Positions 61,994-64,000 of a DNA stretch of 64,000 bases are shown one piece after another. The stretch is from Gaiellaceae bacterium. GTDB taxonomy: Bacteria > Actinomycetota > Thermoleophilia > Gaiellales > Gaiellaceae. The position numbers and the translations under genes were made by a program. Position 1 is the stretch's first letter. Each line of letters starts with the position of its first letter. The DNA lies in NCBI GenBank assembly GCA_036564885.1, contig DATCOE010000054.1:7198-71197 (forward strand). Reading direction: 5' to 3'. The notes beneath the pieces were generated by a model. It made no database searches. It was not told the origin of the DNA and worked only from the letters and a program-made list of their open reading frames with translations.

Positions 61994-63313
61994 CTAAAGC
62001 GCCGCTGCCAGCGCGTCCTCCCAGACCTGGAGCGCCTCTTCGAGCTCCGAGTCCGAGATGACGAGCGGCACGAGCACCCGGATGCAGTTCCCGTGCACTC
62101 CCGACTTCAGGAGCAGGAGGCCGCGTCCGAGCGCCTCGGAGACGACGCGGGAAGCAAGCTCGGTCGCCGGCTCCTTCGCGTCGGGATCGTCCACCAGTTC
62201 GATCGCGAGCATCGAGCCGAGGCCGCGGACGTCGCCGATTTGCGGGAACCGCCCCTGCCAGGACTCCATGCGGGCCCGCATGGTCTCGCCAAGCGCCTCC
62301 GAGCGCTCGACGAGCCCCTCATCCTCGATCACGTCGAGGACGGCGAGCGCAGCGGCCTGCGCAACCGGGTTGCCGACGAACGTGCCGCCGACGCCGCCGT
62401 GGGCCGGCGCGTCCATGATCGCGGCCTTGCCGAGCACGCCGGAGAGCGGCAGCCCCATCGCGATCGACTTCGCAACGGTGATCAGGTCCGGCTCGACGCC
62501 GAAGTGCTCGATCGCGAAGAAGCGCCCGGTGCGCGCGAAGCCGGACTGCACCTCGTCGCAAACCATGACGATCCCGTGCTCGTCGCAAATCAGGCGTAGT
62601 TCCTCGACGAACTCGCGTGGCGCCGGGATGAACCCGCCCTCGCCCTGGACAGGTTCAAAGACGATCGCGGCGACGTCCTCCGCCGCGACGATCGTCAGGA
62701 ACGCCCGGCGCAGCGCAGCAAGCGCCTCAGCCGCCGACGGGCCACGGTAGGCATTCGGGAACGGCACGTGGTAGACCTCGGGCGCAAACGGGCCAAGGCC
62801 GGCCTTGTACGGGTGGGTCTTCGACGTCAGCGCCAGCGACAGCATCGTCCGGCCGTGGAACGCCCCCTCGAAGCCGATCACTGCGTGGCGGCCGGTGTAC
62901 GCGCGGGCGAACTTGACCGCGTTCTCGACCGCCTCGGTGCCGGCGTTGAAGAAGGCCGCCTTCGCGGGCCCGGTGAAGGGCGTGAGGGCCAGCAGCCGCT
63001 CGGAGAGGTCCGCGTAGACCTCGTACGGCACGACCGTGAAGTCGGTGTGCGAAAACTTGGCGAGCTGCTCCTGGGCTGCCGCGACGACGTGCGGGTGGGA
63101 GTGACCGACGTTCAGGCAGCCGACGCCGCCGGCGAAGTCGATGAAGACGTTGCCGTCGACGTCCGTGATCGTGGCCCCACGTGCCTCGGCCGCGACCACC
63201 GGAAAGGTGATCGCAAGCGGTGAGGCGACGCTCGCAGCGAGCCGGTCGAGCACCTGCTGGGAGCGGGGCCCCGGGACCGAGGTCTCGAGACGAATAGTGC
63301 GCACGGCGGCCAT
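61994..63313 (-). CDS. gabT: 4-aminobutyrate aminotransferase (class III PLP aminotransferase)
   Basis: Class III pattern with the PLP-lysine context LITVAKSIAMG and DEVQSGFARTG. ATG at 63313 inside the 554-aa ORF. Confidence 0.85.
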   Translation of the reverse strand: MAAVRTIRLETSVPGPRSQQVLDRLAASVASPLAITFPVVAAEARGATITDVDGNVFIDFAGGVGCLNVGHSHPHVVAAAQEQLAKFSHTDFTVVPYEVYADLSERLLALTPFTGPAKAAFFNAGTEAVENAVKFARAYTGRHAVIGFEGAFHGRTMLSLALTSKTHPYKAGLGPFAPEVYHVPFPNAYRGPSAAEALAALRRAFLTIVAAEDVAAIVFEPVQGEGGFIPAPREFVEELRLICDEHGIVMVCDEVQSGFARTGRFFAIEHFGVEPDLITVAKSIAMGLPLSGVLGKAAIMDAPAHGGVGGTFVGNPVAQAAALAVLDVIEDEGLVERSEALGETMRARMESWQGRFPQIGDVRGLGSMLAIELVDDPDAKEPATELASRVVSEALGRGLLLLKSGVHGNCIRVLVPLVISDSELEEALQVWEDALAAAL

Positions 63314-63530
63314 GTCGGGCGAGACTAGCGCAGCCGACCGGCGTACTGCATAGGTGAATAGTCGAGTTGCAAACCTCGCTCGGCGCCCGACCGCGGTTTC
63401 CTCGAGCCCGCTCGCTTCCGAAAGCACGAGACGATCGATGCGATCGCGATCGCACGCAACCTGAACGGGGCCACGTCGATCTCGCAAATAGCGACCCTGG
63501 AGCCGAACGGATAGCAGCCCGTTCGCTAGC

Positions 63531-64000
63531 TTGCGCGGCGGCTCGGCCACGACTCTCAATCCGCCTCTGACCTCCTTCGACACCACACACGACGACGCCT
63601 GGTGGGGGCGCGTGCAGGCGGACGCCGACCGCGACCTCCTCGTCGCGTACTTCAGCATGGAGTTCGCCGTCGACCCGAGCCTGCCGATCTACTCCGGCGG
63701 CCTCGGGGTGCTCGCCGGCGACCATCTGAAAGCCGCAGCCGACCTCGGGCTCCCCCTCGTCGGCGTCGGGCTCTTCTACCGCGACGGGTACTTCACGCAG
63801 CGCCTGAGCAATGCGGGCCGGCAGACGGAGGACTACCAGCCGGTTGACCCGAAGGCCGCCGGTCTCGTGCGCGAGCCGGTCTCCGTCGAGGTCGAGTTGG
63901 CGGACAAGACCGTCACCGCCGCCGTCTGGCGCTACGACGTCGGCTCGGTGCCCCTCTACCTGTTGGACGTCGAGCTGCTGACCGACGCGCTGTACAGCGG
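63531..64000 (+). CDS. glgP: Alpha-glucan phosphorylase (GT35), 5' fragment running off the window
   Basis: YFSMEF...PIYSGGLGVLAGDHLK signature. The frame is open to the window end. Start uncertain (TTG 63531, GTG 63612 or ATG 63657). Confidence 0.75.
   Translation, partial: MRGGSATTLNPPLTSFDTTHDDAWWGRVQADADRDLLVAYFSMEFAVDPSLPIYSGGLGVLAGDHLKAAADLGLPLVGVGLFYRDGYFTQRLSNAGRQTEDYQPVDPKAAGLVREPVSVEVELADKTVTAAVWRYDVGSVPLYLLDVELLTDALYS

Noticed and set aside
63504-63525. CGAACGG-N8-CCGTTCG inverted repeat resembling an actinobacterial LexA box (TCGAAC-N4-GTTCGA).
   Set aside because: The spacer length is wrong for an SOS box, and there is no DNA-repair gene context.
1-64000. Mobile genetic elements, defence islands, toxin-antitoxin pairs, prophage or integrase genes.
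   Set aside because: I recognised no transposase, integrase, Cas, restriction-modification or toxin-antitoxin signatures. GC content and codon bias look uniform, apart from the short low-GC patches reported. The HNH protein is of the widespread stand-alone McrA-like type with no partner genes.

Overview
High-GC (roughly 70%) actinobacterial-type chromosomal segment, densely packed with about 65 mostly housekeeping genes. Many are joined by 1-4 nt start/stop overlaps. I saw no rRNA, tRNA, CRISPR array, transposase or prophage gene.

Gene content in order:
- 1-9.2 kb: cell-envelope glycoconjugate cluster (SDR epimerase, NodB deacetylase, GT28, two GT-C/GT39-like transferases, FAD oxidoreductase, flippase-like protein, a winged-helix regulator and an orphan receiver).
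- 9.3-15.7 kb: threonine-aldolase-like enzyme, caa3-type cytochrome oxidase genes (ctaC, ctaD, an extended ctaB, a micro-ORF) and an amidase.
- 15.8-18.2 kb: large secreted protein and hisN.
- 18.3-26.5 kb: seven-gene pentose-phosphate operon on the minus strand (tkt-rpiB-tal-pgi-gnd-zwf-opcA).
- 26.7-32.8 kb: FAD reductase, FGGY kinase, CHASE3 histidine kinase and an ABC-F ATPase.
- 32.9-39 kb: cupredoxin, LLM oxidoreductase, clpS, a PdtaR/PdtaS-like ANTAR two-component pair and small membrane proteins.
- 39-47 kb: nitrogen assimilation (glnA; glnII-PII-amt plus a Cys4 micro-ORF), an ABC-2 exporter and czcD.
- 47-50.8 kb: SIMPL protein, rhodanese, HNH nuclease, DUF4446 protein and a membrane-anchored protein.
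- 50.8-62 kb: cell-wall/Ser-Thr signalling cluster (STPK, fhaA, fhaB, pstP, rodA, pbpA, pknB, ddl, a second STPK).
- 62-64 kb: gabT and the start of glgP.

The most interesting signals are non-coding:
1. A tripartite ~110-bp repeat element built on the 13-mer GGTGTC-N-GACACC occurs at four intergenic loci. Its ends donate the stop codons of three flanking genes.
2. The only two canonical hairpin-plus-U-tract terminators I could find in the window both sit directly in front of the ribosome-binding sites of the two glutamine synthetase genes. They share a 16-nt hairpin that competes with the terminator, which suggests a nitrogen-responsive attenuator.

All functional calls come from motif recognition by eye, with no database searches.
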